Shown here: positions 44,174 through 58,400 of the stretch, piece by piece | Layout of the letters: every line of letters begins with the position of its first letter | Position numbering within the stretch: the stretch's first letter is position 1 | Source: a candidate division FCPU426 bacterium | GTDB taxonomy: Bacteria; Oederibacteriota; JAAXVQ01; JAUVAV01 | Assembly: GCA_040756875.1 (NCBI GenBank) | Contig: JBFLYH010000002.1 | Location: forward strand, 1,055,078-1,119,077 | Direction: 5' to 3' | DNA: 64,000 nucleotides | The notes under the pieces: generated by a model | Seen by the model: the letters and a program-made list of their open reading frames with translations, nothing else | Databases searched by the model: none | Told to the model about the DNA's origin: nothing | Made by a program: the position numbers and the translations under genes

Positions 44174-45856
44174 TTAACGTGCCGGTGGAATGAACCGTGC
44201 GGGGATAAATGAAGCAGCGCAAAGCAGGAAAAATAAAACCGTAAACCCGAACGGAATCAAATTGCCGAAACGGGTGAAAAAAGTCCTGAATTTGGCGGGA
44301 TAGATGGTTTCCCATTTAACTGCAGGTTCGAAGAAGGGCAGTGCCGGCCCAATGTGGCCCCAGGGATCGATCACGACCGTGGGGCCGGTCATATCAGCTT
44401 TGGCGATATAAGCTCGGTGCTCTACCGCCAGAAAGACCGACATGGCATTGTGCTGATAACTCATTTCCGAACGGCCTGACCAGCTGTTGTTGGCCACGCT
44501 GAGAAAGAAATCCGCGCCGGCTTTTGCCAGTTGATATCCCAATTCCTCGAACATATCTTCGTAACAAATGAGTATTGAAAAGCCCCATTTTCCCAACTCG
44601 AAAACTGTGGTGTCATCGCCGGGTTCGAAATCCACGGGAATGGGTTGCTGAACCACGGTTTGCAGGTAACGCTTGAGAAATTCGTAGGGAATGTATTCCC
44701 CAAAAGGCACTAAATGAAGTTTTCGGTAGCGCCCCAATGTTTGGCCTTGGCCGCCCAGATAAAAGGCACTGTTATAGTGGTGCCAGGACAGGGGTTTATC
44801 AAGGTCTTGTTCGCGCTCGTACTCATTGCTGGTCAGAACCGTGGGAATGCCCGCTTCGCTGACCAGCTCGCGCAAGCGTTGTTCCCATTCCCGCAGGGGA
44901 GGATATTCCATTATGCCAGGGAAACAGGATTCGGCCCAAACGATTAGCTCGGGTTTTTTGACTGTCGCTCCCAGGTGCAAAGTACGCATACGGTCCAAGG
45001 CTGCCGTCCGATAGGCTCGATCCCAGCGTTGCCGGGTGTTGATATTCCCCTGCAGTAATGCCAATGAAATCTGACCGCGCGGGCTGCGGGCAAACCCCAC
45101 GGTTTCGATGAAGGCAATTATCAATACGCTGATCCACAGAAGCGTTAGAATCGCGACCACGCCCGTCACGACCGGCCTGCGTCGCCAGACCGACCACCAT
45201 TCTTCGAGAAGACGGGAAGAAGATGCCGGAAGGGCGGATTTTGGCCGGCGCCAGCGATTCCAGACGGCCCGAAGTCCGTCCAGAAGAAAAATATTGCCTA
45301 AGATGACGAGAAACGAAATACCGCCAACTCCGACGACAGTGGAAAGCTGTCGAATGGGCCAATTCGCATACTGGGTGGCGCCCAGGCTGCCCCACGGCCA
45401 GCCGCCCGTCAGAATATGACCGCGCAAATATTCCCAAGCCACGAATGAAAGCGGTAACAGGATCGAATCCGGCCAGTGTAAACGATGCTTGATTAAACGG
45501 GCGGAGAGCCCAAAAAGCCCAAAATAGATTCCTCCGCAAACAGCGAAAAAGAGCCAAGCCACGGCGTTATCAATGTTGGTATTGCGTCCGACGAGACGGA
45601 CCCAGGTCAAGGTGCCGGTAAAATATAAAAAGCCCATCAGCCAGGCATATCCAAAAGTGCCGAAAGTAGTACACCTGCGCCAAATATATATATAAGGAAT
45701 GAAACTGACCCACGCCAAGGCACTGTGCCATGGGGAATAACCGGCATAGAGGAAGTTAGGAAAGGAAAGTGCCTGCAAGAGTCCGGCGCTGGCAGCCAGC
45801 CAGATCCCATGCACAGGTTTCCAGGTTGGTTGGGATAGGGTAGTGGATTGGGTCAT
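44174..45856 (-). CDS. lnt: Apolipoprotein N-acyltransferase, paralogue 2
   Basis: GGWPWGSLGATQY, LLQGN, triad WAES / YRKLHLVPFGEY / LICYED and IDPWG; colinear with paralogue 1. Confidence 0.9.
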   Translation of the reverse strand: MTQSTTLSQPTWKPVHGIWLAASAGLLQALSFPNFLYAGYSPWHSALAWVSFIPYIYIWRRCTTFGTFGYAWLMGFLYFTGTLTWVRLVGRNTNIDNAVAWLFFAVCGGIYFGLFGLSARLIKHRLHWPDSILLPLSFVAWEYLRGHILTGGWPWGSLGATQYANWPIRQLSTVVGVGGISFLVILGNIFLLDGLRAVWNRWRRPKSALPASSSRLLEEWWSVWRRRPVVTGVVAILTLLWISVLIIAFIETVGFARSPRGQISLALLQGNINTRQRWDRAYRTAALDRMRTLHLGATVKKPELIVWAESCFPGIMEYPPLREWEQRLRELVSEAGIPTVLTSNEYEREQDLDKPLSWHHYNSAFYLGGQGQTLGRYRKLHLVPFGEYIPYEFLKRYLQTVVQQPIPVDFEPGDDTTVFELGKWGFSILICYEDMFEELGYQLAKAGADFFLSVANNSWSGRSEMSYQHNAMSVFLAVEHRAYIAKADMTGPTVVIDPWGHIGPALPFFEPAVKWETIYPAKFRTFFTRFGNLIPFGFTVLFFLLCAASFIPARFIPPAR

Positions 45857-45873
45857 ATTATTTATCTCGAAGC

Positions 45874-45883
45874 AAGTATATCA
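45874..45883 (-). promoter_or_regulatory. Extended -10 element for lnt2
   Basis: Minus strand TGATATACTT, ending 17 nt before the lnt2 ATG. Confidence 0.55.
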
Positions 45884-46319
45884 TAGAACGCCGTGGCGAT
45901 GAACAATCCTGCAAAAAGCTGGAAGTGACAGGAGGAAACAAGAATATCATGCTTTGAAACCCCACCTCCGTCATCATCATCACCCCCCCTAGGTCCCTGC
46001 ATGGAATACAGAGCATAAAGTTTGGCTCCAACGATGACTGTTGGGTATGTTTTCTATAAGGATTGATACCTGACATTGCAGGAATTTTTTTACAAGTTAC
46101 GAAAAATTTTACCCAGGCAAAAATAACGATAGTTTGTTGAAATCAGTTTGGTAAAATCGCCATTATTTAGGGATTTAGGGCTCATGGGTATCTGAAAATC
46201 CAGGAATTCTGCCTCGAATTTTAGACGAATTTCCAAAGTTGCTTTTTTTGCAATTTCCACTTCTTTTGTGGGTCTCTGGAAAAACCCTTTAAAATAAGAG
46301 TATTATCGAGGACCGTAAT

Positions 46320-46349
46320 TTGTAAAGCCCATTTTCCTGTGATATACTT
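46320..46349 (+). promoter_or_regulatory. Sigma70 promoter of giant gene 2
   Basis: TTGTAA-N17-TATACT with extended TG (TGATATACTT at 46340-46349). Confidence 0.65.
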
Positions 46350-46421
46350 TAGGCAAATAGAAAAATACGCCTAATTGGCGCCTTGCTCTATATATTTTTC
46401 AGGTTAAAGGGGGTTTTGGCC

Positions 46422-49400
46422 ATGACTACCATCACTGGTCAACAGAGACTGCACTACGGATTCTGGAATCGAACCGCGTGGTTGGGGACACTCGCCTTAC
46501 TGGGGACTCTGCTCCTCTTTGTAGGGGTATCTATGTCCTCGGCGGCCAGCAGCGCTGAGGAGCGCCTCCTGCCTCAGATCCTGGCCCAACTAGACGAGCA
46601 AGGTAAGAAAGTCAAAAGCTCCACGGTCCTGGATGTCAATGGCCAACCCCACATCACGGTCATGTTGCTCAACGGCGAAGTGCGCAAGTACAACGAGAAG
46701 GGCCAACTGACCGAAGTCCGAGATCCTTATGGCAAAATCACTCTGTACGAAGACGGCATGCCGATCGAAGAGCGGGATGCCAACGGCGGCGTGATGGCGC
46801 GTTACCAATATTTCCGCTCCGTAAGCGGCAAAATGCAAAAAATGGTCAAGCGCAGCGCGGCTGGCGTGGTGACGAAGATCTTCGACGACGACGGCAATCC
46901 TGTTCAAGCTACGGATTCGCAGGGCACCAAGGTTTTCACCAATTACGTTAAAAACGAAAAAGGTAAGACGGTCGGATATACGGAGACGGATCTGGCAACG
47001 AGCAAGACCAACCGCATGATTCTCGATCCCAAGAACGGGGAAGTGATCGCTCGGATCGACGAGAACAACATCCGTACGGATATCGAAACCCTGTATAACC
47101 AGCAGGGCGAAAAAATGCAGACCATCGAACGTGATACAGCTGGCAATGTCACGATCAAGAAATTTGAAAACGAACAGATGGTGGAGCAGGTCGAAAACGG
47201 CATTAAAACCACCTATGAAAACATTTTAAACGACAAAGGCGTTCTGGTTCAGAAGAAGGAAGTCAAGTTCATCGCCACCAACGGCGGAATGATCGAAGAG
47301 GTGACGGTGAAGGATTACGACGATCAGGGCCGCGTCATACGGGTGAAGGACAAGGAAGGCGAGCACGAATATACCTACGAAGTCAATCTGGACGGCCGGA
47401 TCACGGCCCGACATGAACTTCTCAAACCGGCGACCGGCGCTAGGGCCAAGGAGAAAGTAACATACTATGACGAGGCCGGCCGGGTAATCGGGCTGGATGA
47501 AGAAGGCCGCAAGACCAAAATCGTCAATGTTTTGGATGAAAACGGCAACATTGTCTCGGCAACCGAGTACATCACCTATGACTTTAACGGCAAGTTGTTC
47601 ACGGATATGGTGAAAAAGACATTCGATGGCAAAGGTCACCTGTTGAGCAAAATCGACCAAAATGGGCAGCGGACGGATTACAGCTACGACGGCAAAGGCA
47701 ACAGGATTCGGAGTCAGGTTGGGGATGAAATCACGACTTATACATATGATGGCAACAACAATATGGTTTCCAGTTTCACTCAGGATTATAAAAGCCGGAC
47801 CTTGACCGAATACGATCAAAAGACCAAATTGGCAGAACGCAAGATTTTGATTAAAAACAGCGGTGTGGTAGAAGTGACTGCCTATGGCCTTACCCAAGAT
47901 GGCCGCCGGATGAATTTTACGGTGACTGCATTTGGAGTTAAAACCAACATCTGCAAGGATTCCGAGAGCGACCAGCCCGAAAAAACCATCTTCAGCAAAT
48001 ACAACGGTAAAGTTATTGTCACCAATTATCGCTATACGGGCGAACATTTGGTGTCCAGCACCGAGGAAGGGCCTATGGGAGCGACCGAGACCCGCTATAA
48101 CGTCGGCGGTAAGCCGCTTCACTCTTTGCAGACAGATAAATGGGGCCGTACGCAGGAAACCGATTACCGGTACGAAAAAGGTGTGCTGGCGGAATCACTG
48201 ATGGTGGACAAGAAGGGCCGCACCAGCACTTATTACAACAACCATGGCGATGCGGAAAAGATCGTCAGAGTCAACACTATTGGATTCCCGCGCCGGGCCG
48301 ATGAAGAACGGAGCTATAAGGATGGGATTTTGGTCCGCAGCGTGTCCCGCGATGTTAAGGGCGAAACCGTCACGGATTATGATCAAAACGAACAGGCTGC
48401 TAAAGTGCACCGCACCAACAAACACGGATTCCCGCGCCAAAACTGGGTGGAGAATATTTACGATGCGGGCGGCGATATCACCGAGAGCCGGCAGACGGAC
48501 AGCAGGGGTTATACGGTCAACAAATTCGACCACGATGGTCTCATGACCGACAGCGAACGGGTGGATATACACGGGTATCCCAAACGGAAACAGACTGCAT
48601 ACGACTATATCAACGGTGAGCTTGTCAGCAGCATCACTGACGATGACCGGGGGACGACCTTCAATAGCTTTGATAAAGACGGACTGATGAGAGATAGCCG
48701 GCGGGTGAAGAAGTTCGGGTTCCCGCGCGAAGAGCGTACGTCCTACGAGTACGACGGCAATGCCTACATGATCTACAGCAAAACCGAGGATGAGAACGGC
48801 ACGACCCAGAATTGGTTCAATATCGACGAGCTGGTGGCCGTTTCCTTCCGGAAAAATCTCTATGGGCATGCCCGCGACCAATGGACTGTGAACGAGTATG
48901 ACGGCGAAGGGTTCCTGACCACAAGCAAGGAGACCGATCTGAGGGGGTCGACAGTAACCGAGTTTAATATTGATGGGCTACCGATCAAGTCGTTCCGTGT
49001 TGACCACTACGGCGTAGAATATTCCCGTGAAACATTAACGGTCAACGAGTTCGACGACCAGGGGTTCATGACCATCTCGAAGAGCAAGAATCTTCTAACC
49101 ACAGTCGAGAAGGAAATGGACAAGGATGCTTTGGTGCAGGTGCAGAGGCAAAATGACAATTATGGCGTGGTCTTCGGCCGTTATAAAGTGACGGACGAAT
49201 ACGTTTATGACGGGCATGGACGGCTGCAGACAAACGTCACAACCGATAAACTCGGGCAGACGACCAGCAAGTATGATATCCATGGCGACGCGGTCGAGAC
49301 CCTGAGGATTGCGACCATCGGTCTGGGCGCTTCGCGGGAGTCGTTTACGATTTCTACATATCACGCTGATACAGGCATGACTACGGACCGTTTGTCCAAG

Positions 49401-52400
49401 AGCAATTACGGCACAACGCACAGCACCAATTTCGACGCTGTGACTGGGCTGGAACAATTGCAGCAAATCAACAACAATTATGGTTTGGGTGCGACGAGAT
49501 ATACAGTCAATCAAGTTACATTGGACAGGCGGCACGGTCTGACTCGTTATACCCTTGCGACCAATGAATACGGAAAAACAGAAACTCATTATGATGCCGA
49601 ACAAAACGGCGCTTACGGCATTGCAGTTTCAAGCCGGGCGATCACGAATTATGGCCTGGGCTTCGCACGGGACACCGCCTCGGCCATCGAGGCGGATATC
49701 AACACCGGACTGAACCAACGTACCAAGGCGGTGAACAAGTACGGGACGACCATCACGGAATATGATTCCTTGATCGGCGGGACCTATGGTGTCTCCATCA
49801 GTTCGGTGACAGAGAATTATTTCGGGCTGGGGGCGACCCGGCAGAGCCGGATCCAGCGGGGCGACCTCGAAGTAAACCTTTGGAACGGCCTGAACAAACG
49901 CACGTTGTCGAGGAGCGAATACGGCACGACTGAAACTTGGTATGAGGACGGCCAATTTGGCGTTGCCAGGGCCTCGGATACCAATTGCAATTTTGGACTG
50001 GGGGCCACGCGGCACAGTTGGATCAAAGAAGGCAATATGGAAGTTAACACGTTCAATGGCCTGAACATCCGCACGTTCTCGGAGAGCGCGTTTGGGACCA
50101 CTGAAACCCGGTATGACGATAAAACGTTTGGCGTGGCGGTCAGTTCCGACACAAAAAATAATTTCGGCCTGGGTGCTTCGCGCCATAGCTGGGTGGCTGC
50201 GGGCAATATGGAGGTCAATACTGACAACGGCTTGAACAAGCGCACCTTGTCAGAAAGCGCTTACGGCAAGACCGAAACGCTGTATGACGATGCCCAATAC
50301 GGTGTGGCCAAATCTTCGGACACGAACAACAATTTCGGCCTGGGTGCCGCGCGCCACAGTTGGATCAGCAACGGGAACATGGAAGTCAATACGTGGAACG
50401 GATTAACTAAACGCACACTGTCGGAAAGTGCTTACGGCACGGTTGAAACCCAGTACGAGGACACTCAATATGGCGTGGCCAAGTCATCGGATACGAATAA
50501 CAACTTTGGACTGGGCGCCACTCGCCACAGTTGGATCGCCGAAGGCAATATGGATGTCAACACTTTCAACGGCCTGAATATCCGGACGCTTTCCCAAAGC
50601 GAATATGGGACCACCGAAACCTGGTACGAAGAGGAACAGTACGGCGTGGCCAAGTCGTCGGACACGAAAAACAATTTCGGCCTGGGTGCCACTCGCCACA
50701 GCTGGATCAAGGAAGGCAATCTGGAAGTCAACACCTTCAATGGCCTGAATATTCGCACTCTCTCGGAAAGTGCTTATGGAATAACGGAAACCTGGTATGA
50801 AGACGGGAAATATGGCGTGGCCAAGTCGTCGGATACAAACAACAGTTTTGGTTTGATGGCCACGCGGCACAGTTGGATCAAGGACGGCAACATGGAGGTC
50901 AACAACTGGAACGGGCTGAATATCCGCACGTTCTCGGAAAGTGAATATGGCACCACCGAAACCTGGTATGAAGACGCTAAATACGGCGTGGCCAGGGCTT
51001 CGGACACCAATAACAAATTTGGATTGGGTGCAACCCGGCATAGCTGGATCAGCGACGGCAACATGGAAGTCAACACCTGGAACGGGCTGAACATTCGCAC
51101 GTTCTCGGAAAGCGCCTACGGCACCACGGAAACCTGGTATGAAGACGGCAAATACGGCGTGGCCAAGGCTTCGGATACGAAAAATAATTTCGGATTGGGC
51201 GCATCGCGGCACAGCTGGATCAATGAAGGCAACATGGATGTCAATACCTGGAACGGCTTGAATATCCGGACGTTCTCCGAAAGCGCTTATGGCACGACCG
51301 AAACGAAATACGATGATCAAAAGTATGGCGTGGCCAAATCGTCGGATACGAACAACAATTTCGGTTTGGGCGCCACACGCCATAGTTGGATTAAAGAAGG
51401 CAATATGGAAGTCAACGTTTTCAACGGCTTGAATATACGCACTTTATCTGAGAGCGCCTATGGCAATACCGAGACATGGTACGAGGAAGGACAATTCGGC
51501 GTAGCCAAAGCTTCGGACACCAAGAACAACTTTGGCCTGGTTGCCACACGGCACAGCTGGATCAAAGAAGGCAACATGGAAGTCAACACCTGGAACGGGC
51601 TGAACATCCGCACGTTCTCGGAAAGCGCCTACGGCACCACCGAAACCCGGTACGATCAAGACCATTATGGGGTTGCGCGTTCATCGGATACGAACAACAA
51701 CTTTGGATTGGGCGCGACGCGGCACAGCTGGATTAAAGACGGCAATATGGAAGTGAACACCTGGAACGGCCTGAATATCCGCACCTTGTCGGAAAGCGCT
51801 TACGGCACCACCGAAACCTGGTATGAAGACGAGCAGTTCGGCGTTGCCCAGGCTTCGGATACGAAGAACAATTTCGGGTTGGGCGCGACACGGCACAGCT
51901 GGATCAAAGAAGGCAACATGGAAGTCAACACCTGGAACGGGCTGAACATTCGCACGTTCTCGGAAAGCGCCTATGGCACCACCGAAACCTGGTATGAAGA
52001 CGGGCAGTACGGTGTGGCCAAAGCCTCGGATACGAAGAACAATTTCGGATTGGGCGCGACGCGGCACAGCTGGATCAAAGAAGGCAACATGGAAGTTAAT
52101 ACCTTCAACGGTCTGAACATCCGAACGTTCTCGGAGAGCGCCTATGGCACGACCGAAACCTGGTATGACGACGATAAATTCGGCGTGGCGAAAGCTTCGG
52201 ATACGAAGAACAATTTCGGATTGGGCGCCACGCGGCACAGCTGGATCAAAGAAGGCAATATGGAAGTCAACACCTACAATGGCCTGAACATCCGCACATT
52301 TTCGGAAAGTGCTTATGGTACGACTGAGACTAAATACGACGATAAAACGTTTGGGGTGGCCCGTTCTTCGGATACGAACAACAATTTCGGGTTGATCGCC

Positions 52401-55400
52401 ACGCGGCACAGCTGGATCAAAGACGGCAACATGGAAGTCAATACCTGGAACGGCTTGAATATCCGCACGTTCTCGGAAAGCGCCTACGGAACGACCGAGA
52501 CGTGGTATGAAGACGGCCAGTATGGCGTGGCGCATTCTTCGGATACGCATAATAATTTCGGCTTGGGTGCCACTCAACACAGCTGGATTAAAAAAGGCAA
52601 CATGCAAGTGAACACCTGGAACGGTCTGAATCAACACACCTTCTCGGAAAGCGCGTACGGCACCACTGAAACGTGGTATGAGGATGGCCAATATGGCATT
52701 GCTGAAGCATCGGATACAAATAATAATTTCGGCCTGGGCGCGACGCGGCATAGCTGGATTTCGAAGGGAAAAATGGAGGTCAATACTTACAACGGGCTGA
52801 ACATCAGGACTTTTTCCGAGAGCGCCTATGGCACGACCGAAACGTGGTACGACGACAGTCAGTATGGGATTGCCAAGGCTTCGGACACGCATAATAACTT
52901 TGGCTTGGGTGCGACCCGGCATAGCCAAATCAAAGAAGGGGAGATGGATATCGATCCCTTCAACGGTTTGAATAAACGCACCTTGTCCGAAAGCGCATAT
53001 GGAACCACGGAAACGTGGTATGAAGATGAAACGTACGGCGTGGCCAAGGCTTCGGACACGAACAATAATTTCGGTCTAGGCGCAACGCGGCATAGCTGGA
53101 TTGAAGAAGGCAACATGGAAGTCAATACGTGGAACGGTCTGAACCAGCATACTTTTTCGGAAAGTGCTTATGGCACCACCGAAACCTGGTATGACGATAA
53201 GGCGTATGGAGTGGCCCGTTCTTCGGATACGAACAACAATTTCGGGTTGGGCGCGACGCGGCACAGCTGGATTAAAGACGGGAACTTGGAAGTCAATACC
53301 TGGAACGGGCTGAACATCCGCACGTTCTCGGAAAGCGCCTATGGCACCACGGAAACTTGGTATGAGGACAGCCAGTATGGCATTGCCACTTCTTCGGACA
53401 CGAACAATAATTTCGGGTTGGGCGCGACGAGGCACAGCTGGATCAAGAAAGGTAATATGGAAGTCAATACCTGGAACGGGTTGAACATCCGCACGTTCTC
53501 GGAAAGCGCCTATGGCACCACCGAAACTTGGTACGACGACAAGGAATTCGGCGTAGCCAAAGCTTCGGATACGAAGAACAATTTTGGGTTGGGCGCGACG
53601 CGGCACAGCTGGATCAAAGAAGGCAATATGGAAGTCAACACCTTCAACGGGCTGAACATCCGCACGTTCTCGGAAAGCATTTATGGCACAACCGAAACCT
53701 GGTATGACGACAAGGAATTCGGCGTGGCCAAGGCTTCGGATACAAACAACAATTTCGGCCTGGGCGCGACGCGGCACAGCTGGATTAAAGAAGGCAACAT
53801 AGAAGTCAATACCTATAACGGCTTGAATATTCGCACCTTCTCGGAAAGCGCCTACGGCACCACCGAAACCTGGTATTCCGACGACAGTTACGGCGTTGCG
53901 GAACGGTCTCATTCTCTGAATAATTTCGGCATTGGCGCGACCCGCGACACGACAACGCAGATCGATGCGAATCGCTGGAATGGTTTGAACATCTATACAC
54001 AAGCCAAAAACGAATATGGCATGACCGAGACCTGGTACACCGATGACTCCTATGGTGTGGCTAAACGTTCGCACAGCTTAAATAATTACGGGCTGGGGGC
54101 GTCGAGGGATACCACGACTGAAATTACCACGGATACATGGGACGGTCTGACGGAATACACCTTCGCCCGTAATGCCTATGGCACCACCGAAACTTGGTAC
54201 AAGGATGACTCCTACGGCGTGGCGGAAAGATCTCACAGCCTGAACAATTACGGTTTGGGCGCAAGCCGTGACACCAATACGACGATTCAGGTGGACACGT
54301 GGAACGGGCTGAATGAATACACTCGCGCCATCAATGCCTACGGCATGACCGAAACCTGGTATACGGACGACACCTACGGTATTGCCGAACGTTCTCACAG
54401 CGTCAACAATTATGGGTTGGGCGCAACGCGCGATTCGAACACCACCATTCAGGCCAGTCAATGGGATGGTTTGAATGATTATACTTTCGCCACCAACGCC
54501 TACGGCACTACGGAAACGTGGTTCTCCGATGACAGCTACGGCGTGGCGGTGCGGTCGCACAACCTGAATAATTATGGGCTCGGCGCCTGCCGGGATACCA
54601 ATACCGAAATCCAGGCGGACCGGTGGGATGGTTTGAATGACTACACGTATGCCGTCAATGTATACGGCACCACGGAGACTTGGTATTCGCAAGACACCTA
54701 TGGCGTCGCGGAGCGGTCCCATGCCCTGAATAATTACGGCATCGGCGCCAGCCGGGATACGACGACTGACATCCAGGCCGATCGTTGGGATGGGCTGAAT
54801 GAGTACACCTATGCGGTCAATGCCTATGGCATGACGGAAACCTGGTTCTCGGATGACACCTACGGTGTGGCAGAGCAGTCTCATTCGTTGAACAACTATG
54901 GATTGGGCGCCACGCGTGATACCCACACCACCATTCAAGCCGACCAGTGGGACGGTTTGAACGAATATACTTTTGCAACCAATGCCTACGGTACAACCGA
55001 AACGTGGTTCTCGGATGACACCTATGGTGTGGCGGTGCGCTCGCACAGCTTGAATAATTTCGGGTTGGGCGCGACCCGCGATACCAATACGACCATCACC
55101 GCCGATCGTTGGGATGGGCTGAATGAATACACCTATGCGGTCAATGCCTATGGAATGACGGAGACCTGGTATTCGGATGACACCTACGGCGTAGCCGAAC
55201 GCTCGCATGCTTTGAACAATTATGGCATCGGCGCGACCCGCGACACCAATACGGTTATCCAAGCCGGACGTTGGGATGGTCTGAACGACTATACCCAGGG
55301 TGTGAACGCTTATGGCATGACGGAGACCTGGTATTCAAATGATACCTACGGCGTGGCGGAGCGCTCGCATGCCCTGAACAATTATGGGATCGGTGCCTCG

Positions 55401-58400
55401 CGCGACACCATGACGACCATCTCGGCTGACCGGTGGGATGGGTTGAATGAATACACGCTGGCCACAAACGATTACGGCATGACCGAAACATGGTATTCGG
55501 ACGACACCTATGGCGTGGCAGTACGTTCGCATGCCCTGAATAATTACGGCATTGGCGCGACCCGGGACAACTCGACGACCATCCAAGCAGACCGTTGGGA
55601 TGGGTTGAATGAATACACGTTCGCAACCAATGCATATGGAACGACGGAAACGTGGTATTCGGAAGATACGTATGGCGTGGCGGAGCGTTCGCATTCGCTA
55701 AACAATTACGGCCTGGGTGCCACGCGTGACAACCGCACCACCATCCAAGCTGACCGTTGGGACGGGTTGAATGAATATACCTATGCCACTAACGCCTATG
55801 GGATCACGGAAACGTGGTATTCGGACGACACCTACGGTGTGGCGGAACGGTCACACGCCTTGAACAATTATGGTCTAGGCGCGACGCGCGACACCAACAC
55901 AACGATTACGGCGGATCGGTGGAATGGAATGAACGACTACACCATGTCCACCAATGCCTACGGAATGACTGAAACCTGGTATTCGCAAGACACATACGGC
56001 GTGGCCGAACGCTCGCATGCGGTAAACAACTATGGAATCGGCGCCACCCGCGATACGAATACCACTATTACGGCCGACCGTTGGGATGGGTTGAATGAAT
56101 ACACCCTCGCGACCAATGTGTACGGGATGACGGAAACCTGGTATTCGGAGGACACTTACGGCGTTGCGGAACGTTCGCATGCGGTCAACAATTACGGCAT
56201 TGGCGCCACCCGCGATACGAACACAACCATCACGGCCGATCGCTGGGACGGTTTGAACGAATTCACTTTCGCTACTAACGCGTATGGCACGACCGAGACT
56301 TGGTATTCCGCAGATACCTACGGCGTGGCGGAACGGTCCCATAGTTTGAATAATTTCGGGCTGGGTGCGACGCGGGACACCAATACAACCATTACAGCGG
56401 ATCGTTGGGATGGACTGAATGAATATACCTATGCCAGCAATGCCTATGGCATTACTGAAACCTGGTATACAGATGATACCTATGGCGTTGCGGAACGGTC
56501 GCATTCGCTGAATAATTTTGGTATCGGCGCCACCCGTGATACCAATACGACGATCACGGCAGATCGTTGGGACGGTTTGAACGAATATACCAATGCTGTA
56601 AACGCCTATGGTATGACGGAGACCTGGTTCTCGGATGACACATACGGTGTGGCCGAACGGTCGCATAGCGTGAATAATTTTGGCATTGGCGCAACTCGCG
56701 ACACCAATACCACCGTGACCGCAGACCGGTGGAATGGGTTGAATGATTATACCATCGGCATCAATGCTTATGGCGTGACCGAAACCTGGTATACCCAGGA
56801 TTCTTATGGGGTGTCTGAACGGACGCATACGATGAATAATTACGGCATTGGCGCCACCCGCGACACCAACACCCAGGTTACGGCTGACACCTGGAACGGC
56901 CTTAATATCCATACCATGGCGAACAATGCCTACGGCATGACCGAAACCTGGTATGCGCGGGACACGTATGGGATTCCGGAACGTTCTCACAGCTTGAATA
57001 ATTTTGGTTTGGGAGCCACGCGCGACACCAACACCACGATTACAGCAGACCGTTGGAATGGTCTGAACATCGGCACCTTTGCCACCAATGCCTACGGCAC
57101 GACTGAAACGTGGTTTACCCGGGATTCGTATGGACTGGCTGAACGGTCTCATAGCGTCAATAACTTTGGTTTGGGCGCGACGCGTGATACCAACACAGCC
57201 ATCACTGCCGATCCCTGGAGCGGCTTGAATACCTATACCAATGCAGTCAATGCCTATGGCAGGACGGAAACTTGGTATTCGCAAGATACATATGGCGTAG
57301 CGGATCATTCGCGCAGTCAAAATAATTACGGTTTGGGCGCGACCCGAGACACCAATACCACGATTACCGCGGATCGCTGGGATGGGTTGAATGATTATAC
57401 GCTTGCCATCAATGCTTATGGTCGGACGGAAACTTGGTTCACGCAGGATACCTACGGCGTAGCCCAGCGTTCGCATTCAGTAAACAACTATGGCGTAGGC
57501 GCCAGCCGCGACACCAATACGACTATCACCGCGGACCATTGGAACGGCTTGAATACCTACACCAATGCCATCAACGCATACGGCCGGACGGAAACGTGGT
57601 ATTCGCAGGATACTTATGGTGTGGCGACGCGGTCGCACAGCGTAAACAATTTCGGGCTGGGCGCCACCCGTGACACCAACACCACGATTACAGCGGATCG
57701 CTGGAACGGGTTGAATACCAATACCGTGGCTACTAACGATTACGGCAGGACCGAAACATGGTTCTCTCAGGATTCCTACGGCGTGGCGACGCGGTCGCAT
57801 AGCGTGAATAATTACGGACTGGGCGCCACCCGTGACACCAACACCACGATAACCGCGGATCGCTGGAATGGGTTGAATACAAATACCGTTGCCGTAAATG
57901 ATTATGGCAGGACCGAAACGTGGTATTCGCAGGATACCTACGGCGTGGCGACGCGATCGCATAGCGTGAATAATTACGGATTGGGTGCCACCCGCAACAC
58001 CAATACTACGATCACGGTGGACCACTGGAGTGGGTTGAATACCCATACCGTTGCCACCAATGCCTACGGCACGACCGAGACGTGGTATTCACAGGACACC
58101 TACGGCGTGGCAACGCGGTCGCACAGCGCAAATAACTACGGACTGGGCGCCACCCGCGATACCAACACCACCATCACGGCCGACCGGTGGAATGGCTTAA
58201 ACGTCACTACGGTGGCAACGAATGCCTATGGCCGAACGGAGACGTGGTATTCACAGGACACGTACGGCGTGGCAACGCGTTCCCATAGCGTGAATCATTA
58301 CGGGTTGGGTTCTACTCGCGATACCAATAGCACGATCACGGCGGATCGATGGAACGGTTTAAATACTAATACAATTGCCATCAATGCCTACGGCACGACC

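Noticed and set aside
23328-44315. Antisense and nested ORFs inside giant 1
   Set aside because: No recognisable motifs; expected shadow frames.
21284-45856. Inverted lnt copies as a composite transposon or invertible segment
   Set aside because: They are diverged protein paralogues, not identical IRs, and no transposase or recombinase is present.
45858-46076. 72-aa minus-strand ORF upstream of lnt2
   Set aside because: No motif, lies in the AT-rich divergent spacer and runs over the predicted lnt2 promoter.
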